Assembly: GCA_965221955.1 (NCBI GenBank)
Contig: CBDCTA010000018.1
Span: 64,001 to 128,000, forward strand
Reading direction: 5' to 3'
DNA from: Gammaproteobacteria bacterium
Lineage (GTDB): Bacteria > Pseudomonadota > Gammaproteobacteria > UBA4575
Length of the DNA stretch: 64,000 nt
Numbering within the stretch: position 1 is the stretch's first letter; each line of letters begins with the position of its first letter. Positions 19,482 to 29,361 of the stretch are shown one piece after another. The notes under the pieces are model-generated. The model worked only from the letters and a program-made list of their open reading frames with translations. It made no database searches and was not told the DNA's origin. A program made the position numbers and the translations under genes.

Positions 19482-21149
19482 ATGAAATATCTTATACGCA
19501 CTCTAAGCTTTATAGCTATTTATACTCTTTCAATCATTCCATGCTGGAGTAGCACTATAAATAATAATTTATTAGTAAAAAAAAGTGATATTCCCGACCA
19601 AATTAATATCGGCTTAATATTAAATAAACAATCGAAAAAAAAAGTAAATGATTACCTCGTATTCAATATCCCACTACCTCCGGGTTTAATTAAAGATACT
19701 AATAATCTTTCTATATATAACGCATCAAATAAGTCTTTGACTTTCTACGCTGAACCTATAGTTTGGTGGAAATATTTAAACACCCTAGAAAATAACTCGA
19801 TCCGCGCCTTAAAAATATTTTTAAAAGTCGATAACTTCCACACTATTCCTGACAAGTTAGATATTAAAATTAATTTTGAGAACCCACCAGAAAATAAAAT
19901 TATTGAAAAGCCACTAAATGTAGAAGAATGGACATATTCAGAAGTTTTAATTGGAAATAAAAACACAATTAAATCAAAAAAGATTCGCGAACCAATTGTT
20001 TATTCAACCTATTCTCCTGAGTGGTTAAGCCTTTGCCTACTTCGCTCACGAACACTACCAACAAGTAAAAGCAAAAAACTTAAATGGTTTGACAAATCAT
20101 TTCTTAATTTTTCAAATACTGTCTACGATGGCATCAACAGACCTAAATCTTCCCCACAAAAATTTGATATTTCAGATTACGAACCTTGGATGTATGACTT
20201 AGCAGCAACAATCTTTAATCTATACATTAAAACAGGGGATGTTAAATGGCTCAAACAAGCACATTTGTTAACTCAAATTTATTCATCTTTCATAAATGAA
20301 AGTGGTCAATCTACCCTCAAACAGAATCTTGATTTAAAACACAGCTATAACTTATCTATGCTGATAGATTATATATTAATCGGAGATGCTTCATTAAAAG
20401 CAAAAATAGAACATGTCGCAAAATTCACTTCGAACTGGAGAGAAGATTATAAATTAAACTATGGATTCTGGACGGAAAGGCACCAAACATACTCATTACT
20501 TGGTGCATTAGTCGCCTGGGAGGCAACTGGGGAGCCCATATATGCTAAAAGAGCAGCTAAGATTGCAAAAACAACTATTCTAGAAGCAAAATCTCCCGAG
20601 AATGGCTGGGAGTCACAGGGGTGTATATTACACACTATTCGATCTCATGAGGGCGACGCTGATGATAGACCTGCTTGCAGTCCTTGGATGTCAGCCTTAC
20701 TTTCTGATGCGATGTTGAGGTATTACATTCAATCTAGAGATGAACAAGCGTTACATTTCTTATACGAACTTGCAGTATTTACGAGCAATTATGGAATTTA
20801 TGAAGTCACAAATGAGGTACATATGAAAAACATGTATGTGCCATGGTATCTGGCTTCCAAGACTGTTAAATATACTGACGATGGGCCATGGGGCGATAGA
20901 GAGCATGCGTGTGATGTATCAGGGTTATTAGCAAAAGGATTATGGGCCGGACATCAGATCAATCAAGATACAAAATCTATATCTAGAAGCTTAGAAAAAC
21001 TTTTATACACTTGTAGAAAAACATTGGATCGATACTACGTAACATCTAAAAAAAATAATTCAAAATATTGGAAAATTTATCCTGCTAGAAAATTTAATTG
21101 GTGGTTCGGATCTACATCTGATTTAACATATTTATACTTATTTAAATAA
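19482..21149 (+). CDS. Secreted hypothetical protein, predicted N-terminal beta domain plus alpha/alpha toroid (lyase/hydrolase-like)
   Basis: Signal peptide from ATG 19482; IPLPPG...LSIYN...WW...SIR N-terminal pattern; repeated YxxTGD/AWEATGE/YYIQSRD helical-hairpin motifs. Confidence 0.55.
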   Translation: MKYLIRTLSFIAIYTLSIIPCWSSTINNNLLVKKSDIPDQINIGLILNKQSKKKVNDYLVFNIPLPPGLIKDTNNLSIYNASNKSLTFYAEPIVWWKYLNTLENNSIRALKIFLKVDNFHTIPDKLDIKINFENPPENKIIEKPLNVEEWTYSEVLIGNKNTIKSKKIREPIVYSTYSPEWLSLCLLRSRTLPTSKSKKLKWFDKSFLNFSNTVYDGINRPKSSPQKFDISDYEPWMYDLAATIFNLYIKTGDVKWLKQAHLLTQIYSSFINESGQSTLKQNLDLKHSYNLSMLIDYILIGDASLKAKIEHVAKFTSNWREDYKLNYGFWTERHQTYSLLGALVAWEATGEPIYAKRAAKIAKTTILEAKSPENGWESQGCILHTIRSHEGDADDRPACSPWMSALLSDAMLRYYIQSRDEQALHFLYELAVFTSNYGIYEVTNEVHMKNMYVPWYLASKTVKYTDDGPWGDREHACDVSGLLAKGLWAGHQINQDTKSISRSLEKLLYTCRKTLDRYYVTSKKNNSKYWKIYPARKFNWWFGSTSDLTYLYLFK

Positions 21150-21274
21150 AGTATATAGTCTCATACCTTTCCACATCCTATTGAATACCAGATTAGTAGA
21201 ACATATCTATCACAACCATCTTCTACACATTCTTCTAATATCATTATAGCTCTATAGCACACATAAACATTTGT

Positions 21275-22291
21275 TTGATGAGCAAAAAAGAATTATTTAA
21301 TAATATTTCTTCCAAATCTGGTGCAAGTTTTCTATTACGTATTTATAAGAATATGTATAAGAATGAACTTCCAATACTTGCATATCACCGCGTGATAAAC
21401 CACCAAGAAAAATTTTTTCCCAATGACATCGAATTGATTAGTTCATCTCCGAAAATGTTTGAAAAACAAATTAAATATATTTGCAGACACTACCAGCCCA
21501 TAACATTTAAAATGTTCTCAAATAACCATCATGACCCTAAATCATTTAAAAAACCTCCAATAATTATTACTTTCGATGACGGATTTTATGACAATTATAA
21601 AATTGTTTACCCTATATTGAAAAAATATGATGCTCAAGCAACTTTTTTTTTAGTCACAAATACATTAGATACAGATGAACCATTATGGTTTGATTTATTA
21701 GCATACTTAATCATGAAGACGGATAAATCTTCAATATTAATACAGGATAAAGAAATACTTCTAAGTAATGATATAAGAACAAAAAGAAAAATAATTGAAA
21801 AAATACTTCTAGATGTGAGGCAAATAGATAACAAAGATAGGTTAAAAATTGTTGAAGAGTTGAAAAAACAACTTCGATATTCTATCGACTACGCAAAAAC
21901 AACTAATTATCTAAGCTGGAATAATGTTAGAGAAATGTATAAAAATGGAATGGAATTTGGCTCACATTCTGTCTCACATCCTATTTTAGCTCAAACAAGT
22001 ACAGATCAGATAAAAAATGAATTATCTCAATCTAAAGAAAGAATCGAAGAAATGTTACAGGATGAATGTAAGACTTTTGCATATCCTGTTGGCGGGTTTG
22101 AGGAATATAATGATCATACTTTAAATATACTAAAAGAAATAAAATATTCTTATGCATGCACCTACGAGCCTGGTATCAACAAGATACCAATAAAAGATAA
22201 ATTTCAACTCCGCAGAATTCATGTAGAAAGATATAACTCATTTAATTTTTTTAAAAATAATCTCATTTCTTCTTTTTTTGGCTATAAATAA
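21275..22291 (+). CDS. Polysaccharide deacetylase (CE4)
   Basis: PILAYHRV, ITFDDG, GSHSVSHP, FAYPVG. Confidence 0.9.
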   Translation: MMSKKELFNNISSKSGASFLLRIYKNMYKNELPILAYHRVINHQEKFFPNDIELISSSPKMFEKQIKYICRHYQPITFKMFSNNHHDPKSFKKPPIIITFDDGFYDNYKIVYPILKKYDAQATFFLVTNTLDTDEPLWFDLLAYLIMKTDKSSILIQDKEILLSNDIRTKRKIIEKILLDVRQIDNKDRLKIVEELKKQLRYSIDYAKTTNYLSWNNVREMYKNGMEFGSHSVSHPILAQTSTDQIKNELSQSKERIEEMLQDECKTFAYPVGGFEEYNDHTLNILKEIKYSYACTYEPGINKIPIKDKFQLRRIHVERYNSFNFFKNNLISSFFGYK

Positions 22292-22307
22292 ATTTTAATT
22301 CGTAAAT

Positions 22308-23843
22308 ATGAGTGAAAAGAAAAAAATACTAAAGAATACATTTTACTCTTCAATAAGTATTTATACCGAATATGTATTGGGGCTAGTTTGCTCAATAATT
22401 ATTGCTCGCACTTTAGGTGCTACAGAGTATGGTGTTTATTCGTTATTAATATGGGTTGCCGCATCTAGCATTATATTGATCAATGGTGGAATTAATACAG
22501 GGCAAATAAAGTTTTTATCTGAGTTTAATAAAAAATATGATGAAGACTATACATTAAGCGCACTGAACTACTTTCGAAAGATACAAACAGCAAAAACAAT
22601 TTTTATTCTATTAATTGGTGCATCCATTAGTGAATTTATTATAGCTAAATTCAATTTTGGCGAATATAGAACATTCTATTGGATAATACTTATTTCAGTA
22701 TTATTCAAAGGTAGATATATGTTTCATGTTTCAATCGCAAAAGGTTTTGAGCATTTTGACAAACTGTCAAAACTTAGCTTGATTGTAACGCCTATAAATT
22801 TAGTGTTTATAATTATCGCAGGCATATATATCAAAAATATTGGTATTTTTATTTATATTTACTTTTTCACTAGCATATTGTTTTACTTATTTTCCTACTT
22901 GATCATCGTAAAACCTATAGGCATTAATCGATTGAGTAATACGAATCTAAATAAAAATGATTTGTCAAGAATTAACAATTATTTAAAAATTACTAGTGTA
23001 ATTGTAATACTAAGTTATTTTGTTTCAAAAGAATTGGAATTATTTATGCTTGGATGGCTCGCTGAACCAAGTGATGCCGGTTTGTTTAGGATAGCAATGA
23101 CACTAGCAGGAAGTATAATGCTTATGGCACCAGGCGTTTTCAGTTCTGTATTACTGCCTATGATGTCTAAATCTTTAGCCGAATCTAAACAAATTGCTAA
23201 TAGAAGATTTTACGATTCAACGCGAATACTAATTATTCTAAGCATTCCAATAACAACATTTATTATTTATATTTCAAACTCATTAGTAATAGCAATTTAT
23301 GGAGAAGAATTTGCCAATGCTGGAATTGCATTGTCAATTTGCATAGTGGCTGTAACAATCGTTACTATTGCCGATAGCGCACAAAGTTATTTACTTAGTG
23401 CAGAAAAACAAAAAACAGTCTTATATATATTAATCATTGCCTTATTCTTAAAGATATCAATAGGTTATTTTTTAATTGCGAATTACCAACTCATTGGCGC
23501 TGCAGTTACATATTTAATTGCAATTTTGTTTTCATATTTATCAAGAATTTATTTAACATGTTATTATTTAAAATCTAAATTTCCTTTTTTGACATTAATA
23601 AAATCCGTTACAGTTTCATTAATCTGCTTACTACCATTAATTTTAATTGGTGAAAATTACAGTATTTATATAAATATTTTAATCTTTTCAGCAGTATATG
23701 GTATTTCTTTTACTATTTTATCTTTCGCTACTAATTTATGGTCAAAAGAAGATATATTAATGTTTATCAACTTATCTAAAAGGATCCCTGCTCAATCAAT
23801 CCAAAATTTAATTATTAGAACATTGGAAAATAACAGAAAATAA
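22308..23843 (+). CDS. wzx: Wzx-type oligosaccharide flippase
   Basis: About 12-14 TM helices; IARTLGATEYGVYS N-terminal MOP-family motif; EPS context. Confidence 0.85.
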   Translation: MSEKKKILKNTFYSSISIYTEYVLGLVCSIIIARTLGATEYGVYSLLIWVAASSIILINGGINTGQIKFLSEFNKKYDEDYTLSALNYFRKIQTAKTIFILLIGASISEFIIAKFNFGEYRTFYWIILISVLFKGRYMFHVSIAKGFEHFDKLSKLSLIVTPINLVFIIIAGIYIKNIGIFIYIYFFTSILFYLFSYLIIVKPIGINRLSNTNLNKNDLSRINNYLKITSVIVILSYFVSKELELFMLGWLAEPSDAGLFRIAMTLAGSIMLMAPGVFSSVLLPMMSKSLAESKQIANRRFYDSTRILIILSIPITTFIIYISNSLVIAIYGEEFANAGIALSICIVAVTIVTIADSAQSYLLSAEKQKTVLYILIIALFLKISIGYFLIANYQLIGAAVTYLIAILFSYLSRIYLTCYYLKSKFPFLTLIKSVTVSLICLLPLILIGENYSIYINILIFSAVYGISFTILSFATNLWSKEDILMFINLSKRIPAQSIQNLIIRTLENNRK

Positions 23844-23871
23844 CTTTCTGAATAACTCTATTCAATTAACA

Positions 23872-25011
23872 ATGAATGTTTTACATTTAACATATTCTTT
23901 ATCAGCTGGAGGAAGACGTAACGCTATAGTAAATTTATGCGAAGGTTTAGTTAACAAATCTGTAAATAGCTATACATGCTCCATAACGCATTTATCTGAA
24001 GAAGATTTTATAAGACTTAGCTCTTTGTCTTTTAAAGGAGTGTTTTCCATGGAATTTAATGGCCGTTATTTTTCTAACAAATCCTTATTACTATCAAAAC
24101 TTAGTAAAATATGCGAGAAAAACAACATTGACCTTATCCATACTCATGATGCAACGAGCCAAATTATTACTGCATGGATGCATAATAAAAATAAAACAAT
24201 CCCTCATGTACATACATTTCATCGATCTTTGGATATTGATACCGTCGGAATAAAAAATAAAATTAGGAATTATTATGCAAATCAACACACAAATATAATA
24301 ACTGTTGGCTCAAATGACCGAAAAAATCATTTAAAAAAATATAACTTGTTTTTAAAAAGCAATAAAATTCAACTTATTCCTTTTGGTATAGAGGTATATA
24401 AATATGCTTACTCTGATAAATACAATAAGCAGCTTAGAGACAAATTCGATATAGATTCGAACGATATAATCATTGGCTGTATCGGTCACTTTGGTAAAGA
24501 AAAAGGATTAGACATAGCTCTTAAAAGCTTTGCAACTATACATAAAGAAGCAGATATCGATAATTTAAAACTGATAATTCTTGGGAAAGGCAATACCAAG
24601 CAGACAAAATATCTTCTAGAACTCTGCAATGAGTTAAGTATAAAAAATAATGTGCTATTTCCTGGATTTGATGAACATATAGAAAAATGGTATAGCTGTT
24701 TCGATATTTTTTTACATACACCAAGAAAAGAAGCTTTTGGACTAGTAGTTATCGAAGCAATGGCTGCAAGTTTACCTGTTGTTGCTAGCCGGGTAGGCGG
24801 TATTGTAGATATCGTATCTCACAACACATCTGGCTATCTTGTGGAAAGTTGTAACCCAAATAATATTGCTGAGTACTTATTAAAACTTATCAAAAATAAA
24901 CAAGATATAAAAAAGTTTGGAGATCGTGGATATGAACTGGCTAAGACTAAATTTTCTTTGTGTAACTTTGCAAATGGGTATTACAAGCTTTACAAGTCAT
25001 TAACATATTGA
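23872..25011 (+). CDS. Glycosyltransferase family 4
   Basis: KEKGLD, EAFGLVVIEAMAASLPVVASRVGG. Confidence 0.9.
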   Translation: MNVLHLTYSLSAGGRRNAIVNLCEGLVNKSVNSYTCSITHLSEEDFIRLSSLSFKGVFSMEFNGRYFSNKSLLLSKLSKICEKNNIDLIHTHDATSQIITAWMHNKNKTIPHVHTFHRSLDIDTVGIKNKIRNYYANQHTNIITVGSNDRKNHLKKYNLFLKSNKIQLIPFGIEVYKYAYSDKYNKQLRDKFDIDSNDIIIGCIGHFGKEKGLDIALKSFATIHKEADIDNLKLIILGKGNTKQTKYLLELCNELSIKNNVLFPGFDEHIEKWYSCFDIFLHTPRKEAFGLVVIEAMAASLPVVASRVGGIVDIVSHNTSGYLVESCNPNNIAEYLLKLIKNKQDIKKFGDRGYELAKTKFSLCNFANGYYKLYKSLTY

Positions 25012-25016
25012 AAATT

Positions 25017-26081
25017 TTATATGGAAGTAGCATTACTTTTTTGAGGAACAATTCCATTCGGGAACTGTTCTCTTAGAATAGTAGAGGCTGATATTGGATC
25101 ATCAATTGGGTCCCATTGCTTACAGAATATTTTTTTCATAAGTCCAGCCATTTTATTTGAGATAAATATTGGCATTCCAAAAAACCTTGCTAGTAAAAAC
25201 ACTTTTCTCCTAAATGCCCAAACATACATAAAATTCTCACCGTAAAAATTATATCCCCATCTTTTTTCAAATAGTTTATGAGATTTTTTAGCTAAATCTT
25301 TATTCCACCTGAAAAAGAAATACTTCATATCAGATAAATTCATACGTGTTCCAAGATTATCAAACAAAACTACAGATTCCGGCTGTACTACTATTGACTT
25401 TTTCATAGCCCTTGTTTGCAAGCCTATATCAATGTGCTCACGCACAACCATTTGCGGAATTTCTATTTCTTGCAAATGACTAGTTAGAAACAATACGCAA
25501 TGCAACTCAAATGTATCTGTTGATTTGATTCCAACTGGAAGTTCATCAGGCAATACCCTTCTATATTTTTTATTTTCAATAAGATACTCAGTATTGTCAT
25601 GATTGAGCACTCGGATGTCACAAGTAAGCAAATGATTACGCAATGTAGCACCCTTATCTACACCTTCCCTCTCCAATATAAGGGGCGAAACAATGACATT
25701 ATCGTTATTAGCGGTTGCAATTAATGGCTTCAACCAGCCTGGTGTTACATTTGTGTCGTTATCTAATAAAACGGTGTATTTAGTTGTGATTTCTGCTCTG
25801 ATACGGTCTAATGCGGCCATAGGGGTAATTAGGCCATACGAGAAAATTCGCACATTATTTTTAGCGTTTGTTATCTTCATCGCTTTTTTGAGCTCAGATT
25901 TAGGGTAACCTAAATCTAAGATAACTAAATCAAATTCTTCCTCTGTATTCTCATATAAACCAGCTATACATATATCTAGTCGGGAATATCGGTCGCGCGG
26001 GGTAATTATTATCGTCACTTCATTCATAGGTGTGTAAGGTATTGATTTAGACAATGACGCAATTATATCCTGATGAAACAT
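25017..26081 (-). CDS. Glycosyltransferase family 2 (start may be ATG 26027)
   Basis: VTIIITPRDR, VLLDNDTNVTPGWL (DxD). Confidence 0.75.
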   Translation of the reverse strand: MFHQDIIASLSKSIPYTPMNEVTIIITPRDRYSRLDICIAGLYENTEEEFDLVILDLGYPKSELKKAMKITNAKNNVRIFSYGLITPMAALDRIRAEITTKYTVLLDNDTNVTPGWLKPLIATANNDNVIVSPLILEREGVDKGATLRNHLLTCDIRVLNHDNTEYLIENKKYRRVLPDELPVGIKSTDTFELHCVLFLTSHLQEIEIPQMVVREHIDIGLQTRAMKKSIVVQPESVVLFDNLGTRMNLSDMKYFFFRWNKDLAKKSHKLFEKRWGYNFYGENFMYVWAFRRKVFLLARFFGMPIFISNKMAGLMKKIFCKQWDPIDDPISASTILREQFPNGIVPQKSNATSI

Positions 26082-26150
26082 CTAGAAACATGAGATAGGT
26101 CAGATAATTGCAAGATTATATATCGTTAACCTTTGTTAAATTAAACAAAT

Positions 26151-28166
26151 ATGACAATAAAAATAGGACTGGTTGGGGCAGGATATATCTGCGAATATCA
26201 CGTTAAAGCCATTGTAGCGAACCCTTCATTAAAATTGATAGGTGTAACCGATCTAGATTTCAATAAAGCTAAACTAATAGCTGACCAATACAATTGTCGT
26301 GCTTTTCAAACCTTAGAGGAAATGATCAGTAGTGGCGCTAAGTCTATACACGTTTTAACTCCTCCCAATTCACACATTGAGGTAGCAACTGAGGCAATGA
26401 AACTTGGTTGTGATGTATTAATCGAAAAACCCCTTTCCGAAAACCCTGAAGCCTGTAAATCATTAAATGATTTAGCAAAACAACTTGGTAAAAATGTGTG
26501 CGTGAATCACTCATTGTTATTTGACCCACAGATTATCAAAGCTAAAGAAGCCATAGATTCTGGAAAGATAGGTGACGTCATTTCCATAGACATACTAAGA
26601 AGCTCGGTCTATCCGACTTACTCAGGCGGAACATTACCTCCCCATTACAGAGACGGGGGGTATCCATTCAGAGATTTAGGAATTCACTGCTTATATCTGC
26701 TTGAACATTTCTTAGGAAGTATTATTGATGTGGATGCAAAGTGGCAATCTCTTGGAGGCGATAAAAACCTAGCTTTTGACGAATGGAGCGCCATGGTTGA
26801 ATGTGAAAACGGAATTGGAAAATTTCAACTAAGCTGGAATGTAAAGCCACTACAAAATTTAATGATCATTCAAGGTACGAAAGGAATTTTAAGAGTTGAC
26901 TCATTTTTAATGTTCAACTCCTCAAAAAAAGCATTGCCAGCTCCTAAAGTAGTCGAACGGATCGTGAACAACTATACGGATTCTTTACGACCAATATTCG
27001 AAATGCCGGTTAATGTGGTGAAATTCGCCACAGGTAAAATTGTCCCATATCAAGGGCTTACTAATTTAATAAATGAATTTTACTCTGCATTAGAGCACAA
27101 CACTCAAGTTCCTGTATCTATTGAACAAGCCATACCTTCAGTATATTGGGTTGAACATATTGCTAAACAAGCAGATCAAGAAGCTCTCGAATTTAAAAAA
27201 CGGTCAAGGAATTTACCCCCAGCAGATATACTTGTAACAGGTGGCACTGGTGGACTTGGCAGCAACATTGTACGGCATTTAATAAATGCCGGATATACTG
27301 TACGCGTTTTAGCGCGTTCATTACCAAAAACCACTATTGAAAATGTTCAATACATAACCGGTAGTTTGGGCAATCCTGAAATTGTTAACGATGCAGTTAA
27401 AGATGTGCGTTATATCATCCATGCTGGTGCAGCAATGCAAGGAGATGAAAATGAACATATATGCAGTACAGAAGTTGGAACAAAAAATATTATTACAGCG
27501 GCAAATAAATTTAATATTAAAAAAATAGTACACATCAGCTCTTTATCTGTTATTGACTGGGCTGGAAATGATATGCACAACGTCGATGAGACTGCCGATT
27601 ACGAACCCAACCCAACAGCAAGAGGCTATTACACTCAATACAAACTTAAAGCAGAACAACTAGTCTTAGATGCGGCTGAAAATGAACAAATAAATGCTGT
27701 AATTTTAAGACCGGGACAAATTTTTGGAGAAAAACTACCTTTAGTTACTGGCGCTGTCGCCCGTCAAGTCGGTAATAAGATGCTAGTTTTTGGAGATGGC
27801 GAAATACAATTACCTTTAATCTATATTGATGACGTTTCAGATGCAGTGCTCGCCGCAATAAATGAAAATTTACCCAATGGCGAAATCATACATTTAACCG
27901 ATTCTGCCACATACACCCAAAATCAAGTATTACAATTGACCCGCCCAGATAAAAAAATCATACGAATTCCCAGGAAACTTATGTTTATAATGGGAGGGTT
28001 CAGTGAAAAAATATTTAAGCTTTTAAAAAGACAGTCTCCTTTTTCTCGCTACCGCCTGGAATCTGCAATGCCTAGAATATCTTTCAAAAGTGATAAAGCA
28101 AAAATTAAATTAGAGTGGTCTCCAAAAATAGGTGTTGAAAACGGTATAAAGTTGAGCTCTAAATAA
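26151..28166 (+). CDS. Fusion of Gfo/Idh/MocA oxidoreductase and NAD-dependent epimerase/dehydratase
   Basis: N-half GLVGAGYI, EKPL, DLGIH; C-half VTGGTGGLG, YTQYK, LRPGQIFG. Confidence 0.85.
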   Translation: MTIKIGLVGAGYICEYHVKAIVANPSLKLIGVTDLDFNKAKLIADQYNCRAFQTLEEMISSGAKSIHVLTPPNSHIEVATEAMKLGCDVLIEKPLSENPEACKSLNDLAKQLGKNVCVNHSLLFDPQIIKAKEAIDSGKIGDVISIDILRSSVYPTYSGGTLPPHYRDGGYPFRDLGIHCLYLLEHFLGSIIDVDAKWQSLGGDKNLAFDEWSAMVECENGIGKFQLSWNVKPLQNLMIIQGTKGILRVDSFLMFNSSKKALPAPKVVERIVNNYTDSLRPIFEMPVNVVKFATGKIVPYQGLTNLINEFYSALEHNTQVPVSIEQAIPSVYWVEHIAKQADQEALEFKKRSRNLPPADILVTGGTGGLGSNIVRHLINAGYTVRVLARSLPKTTIENVQYITGSLGNPEIVNDAVKDVRYIIHAGAAMQGDENEHICSTEVGTKNIITAANKFNIKKIVHISSLSVIDWAGNDMHNVDETADYEPNPTARGYYTQYKLKAEQLVLDAAENEQINAVILRPGQIFGEKLPLVTGAVARQVGNKMLVFGDGEIQLPLIYIDDVSDAVLAAINENLPNGEIIHLTDSATYTQNQVLQLTRPDKKIIRIPRKLMFIMGGFSEKIFKLLKRQSPFSRYRLESAMPRISFKSDKAKIKLEWSPKIGVENGIKLSSK

Positions 28167-28170
28167 TAGC

Positions 28171-29322
28171 TTAAGCTACTTTCGTAACTTTTACTTTTTC
28201 AACTTGCATCAAGACCTCATTAACACGATTCTCCCATGTTAATCCCTCGACATAATTAACACGTTTTACCGCTTTATCTATTGAATCTGTATCAATCGCC
28301 TGCTTTATATATTCAATAAACTCCTCGTCTGTCTCAGCAATATATACAATATCATTAAATCCTAAAATTTCTGGAAATGATACAGAAACTACGGGTTTGC
28401 CTGTTGCCAGATACTCTTTTAATTTAATTGGATTGCAGTTGTATATTTGGTCGTTGTCAACATATGGCAATATGCAAACATCAAAGCATGCAGCATAATT
28501 AGGCAATTGCGAAAAAGATTTCTTTCCTAGAAAGTACACATTACTTAACTCATCAAGACTTTTAGTATCAACAGCCACATGCCCAATCAGTACCACATTC
28601 ATATTCGAATATCGCTCACTTATTTTTTGAATCAGCGATAAGTCAATCCAAGATTCAATCAGGCCGAAAAAACCTATGATAGGTTTTTTTATGCATGCGA
28701 TATCTTTAGGCCTGCTCAGTTTATCAGTATATGCTTTGTTGAAATGTTGAAAGTCGACTCCGTGTGGACTGTAATACACATTTTTGTTAATTTTATTCTT
28801 TTCATCTGTCAGTGACTTTGATGCTGTAAATACTATGTCGGCGCCAATAGCAAGTTCATAATCCATTTTATTTACAGCTTTATGATTAACATCTGGTAAA
28901 GCACTATAATCATCAATGCAATAATACACTGTTTTAGATTCATTCAATTTTCCTATAAGATGTCCTGCATGAGGTACAACAAACCATAATATTGGAGACT
29001 TAAATCCAAGATCATTACTTACACATTTCAGAAAATAGGTTGAAATTAACGTATTAAACTTTTTAATTACTTTATTCCCATGAAAAGGTATTTGAACAAG
29101 TGTATAGACTGATAAATTATTTGAGATCCTTATAGGTTTTTTAAAAAACAAAGCTAATTTTTTAAAAATTTTTGAGATATCACGTTTGTTACCCTTAGGA
29201 GCACGTAAGCCGGGGCATTCCACATATAAAATCTCGTGCTTCTGACTTAGACAATTTGCAATATGATGACTACTTGTGCGATTTTCTGCTGACCAGTCAT
29301 TTCCAAAATAAATAATCTGCAT
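28171..29322 (-). CDS. Glycosyltransferase, GT-B (TuaH-like)
   Basis: YYCIDDY, PHGVD, NPIKLKEYLATGKPVVS. Confidence 0.85.
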   Translation of the reverse strand: MQIIYFGNDWSAENRTSSHHIANCLSQKHEILYVECPGLRAPKGNKRDISKIFKKLALFFKKPIRISNNLSVYTLVQIPFHGNKVIKKFNTLISTYFLKCVSNDLGFKSPILWFVVPHAGHLIGKLNESKTVYYCIDDYSALPDVNHKAVNKMDYELAIGADIVFTASKSLTDEKNKINKNVYYSPHGVDFQHFNKAYTDKLSRPKDIACIKKPIIGFFGLIESWIDLSLIQKISERYSNMNVVLIGHVAVDTKSLDELSNVYFLGKKSFSQLPNYAACFDVCILPYVDNDQIYNCNPIKLKEYLATGKPVVSVSFPEILGFNDIVYIAETDEEFIEYIKQAIDTDSIDKAVKRVNYVEGLTWENRVNEVLMQVEKVKVTKVA

Positions 29323-29361
29323 ATATTTAGTGGTTTTATAAATTGACTTAAACTCTTTTAA

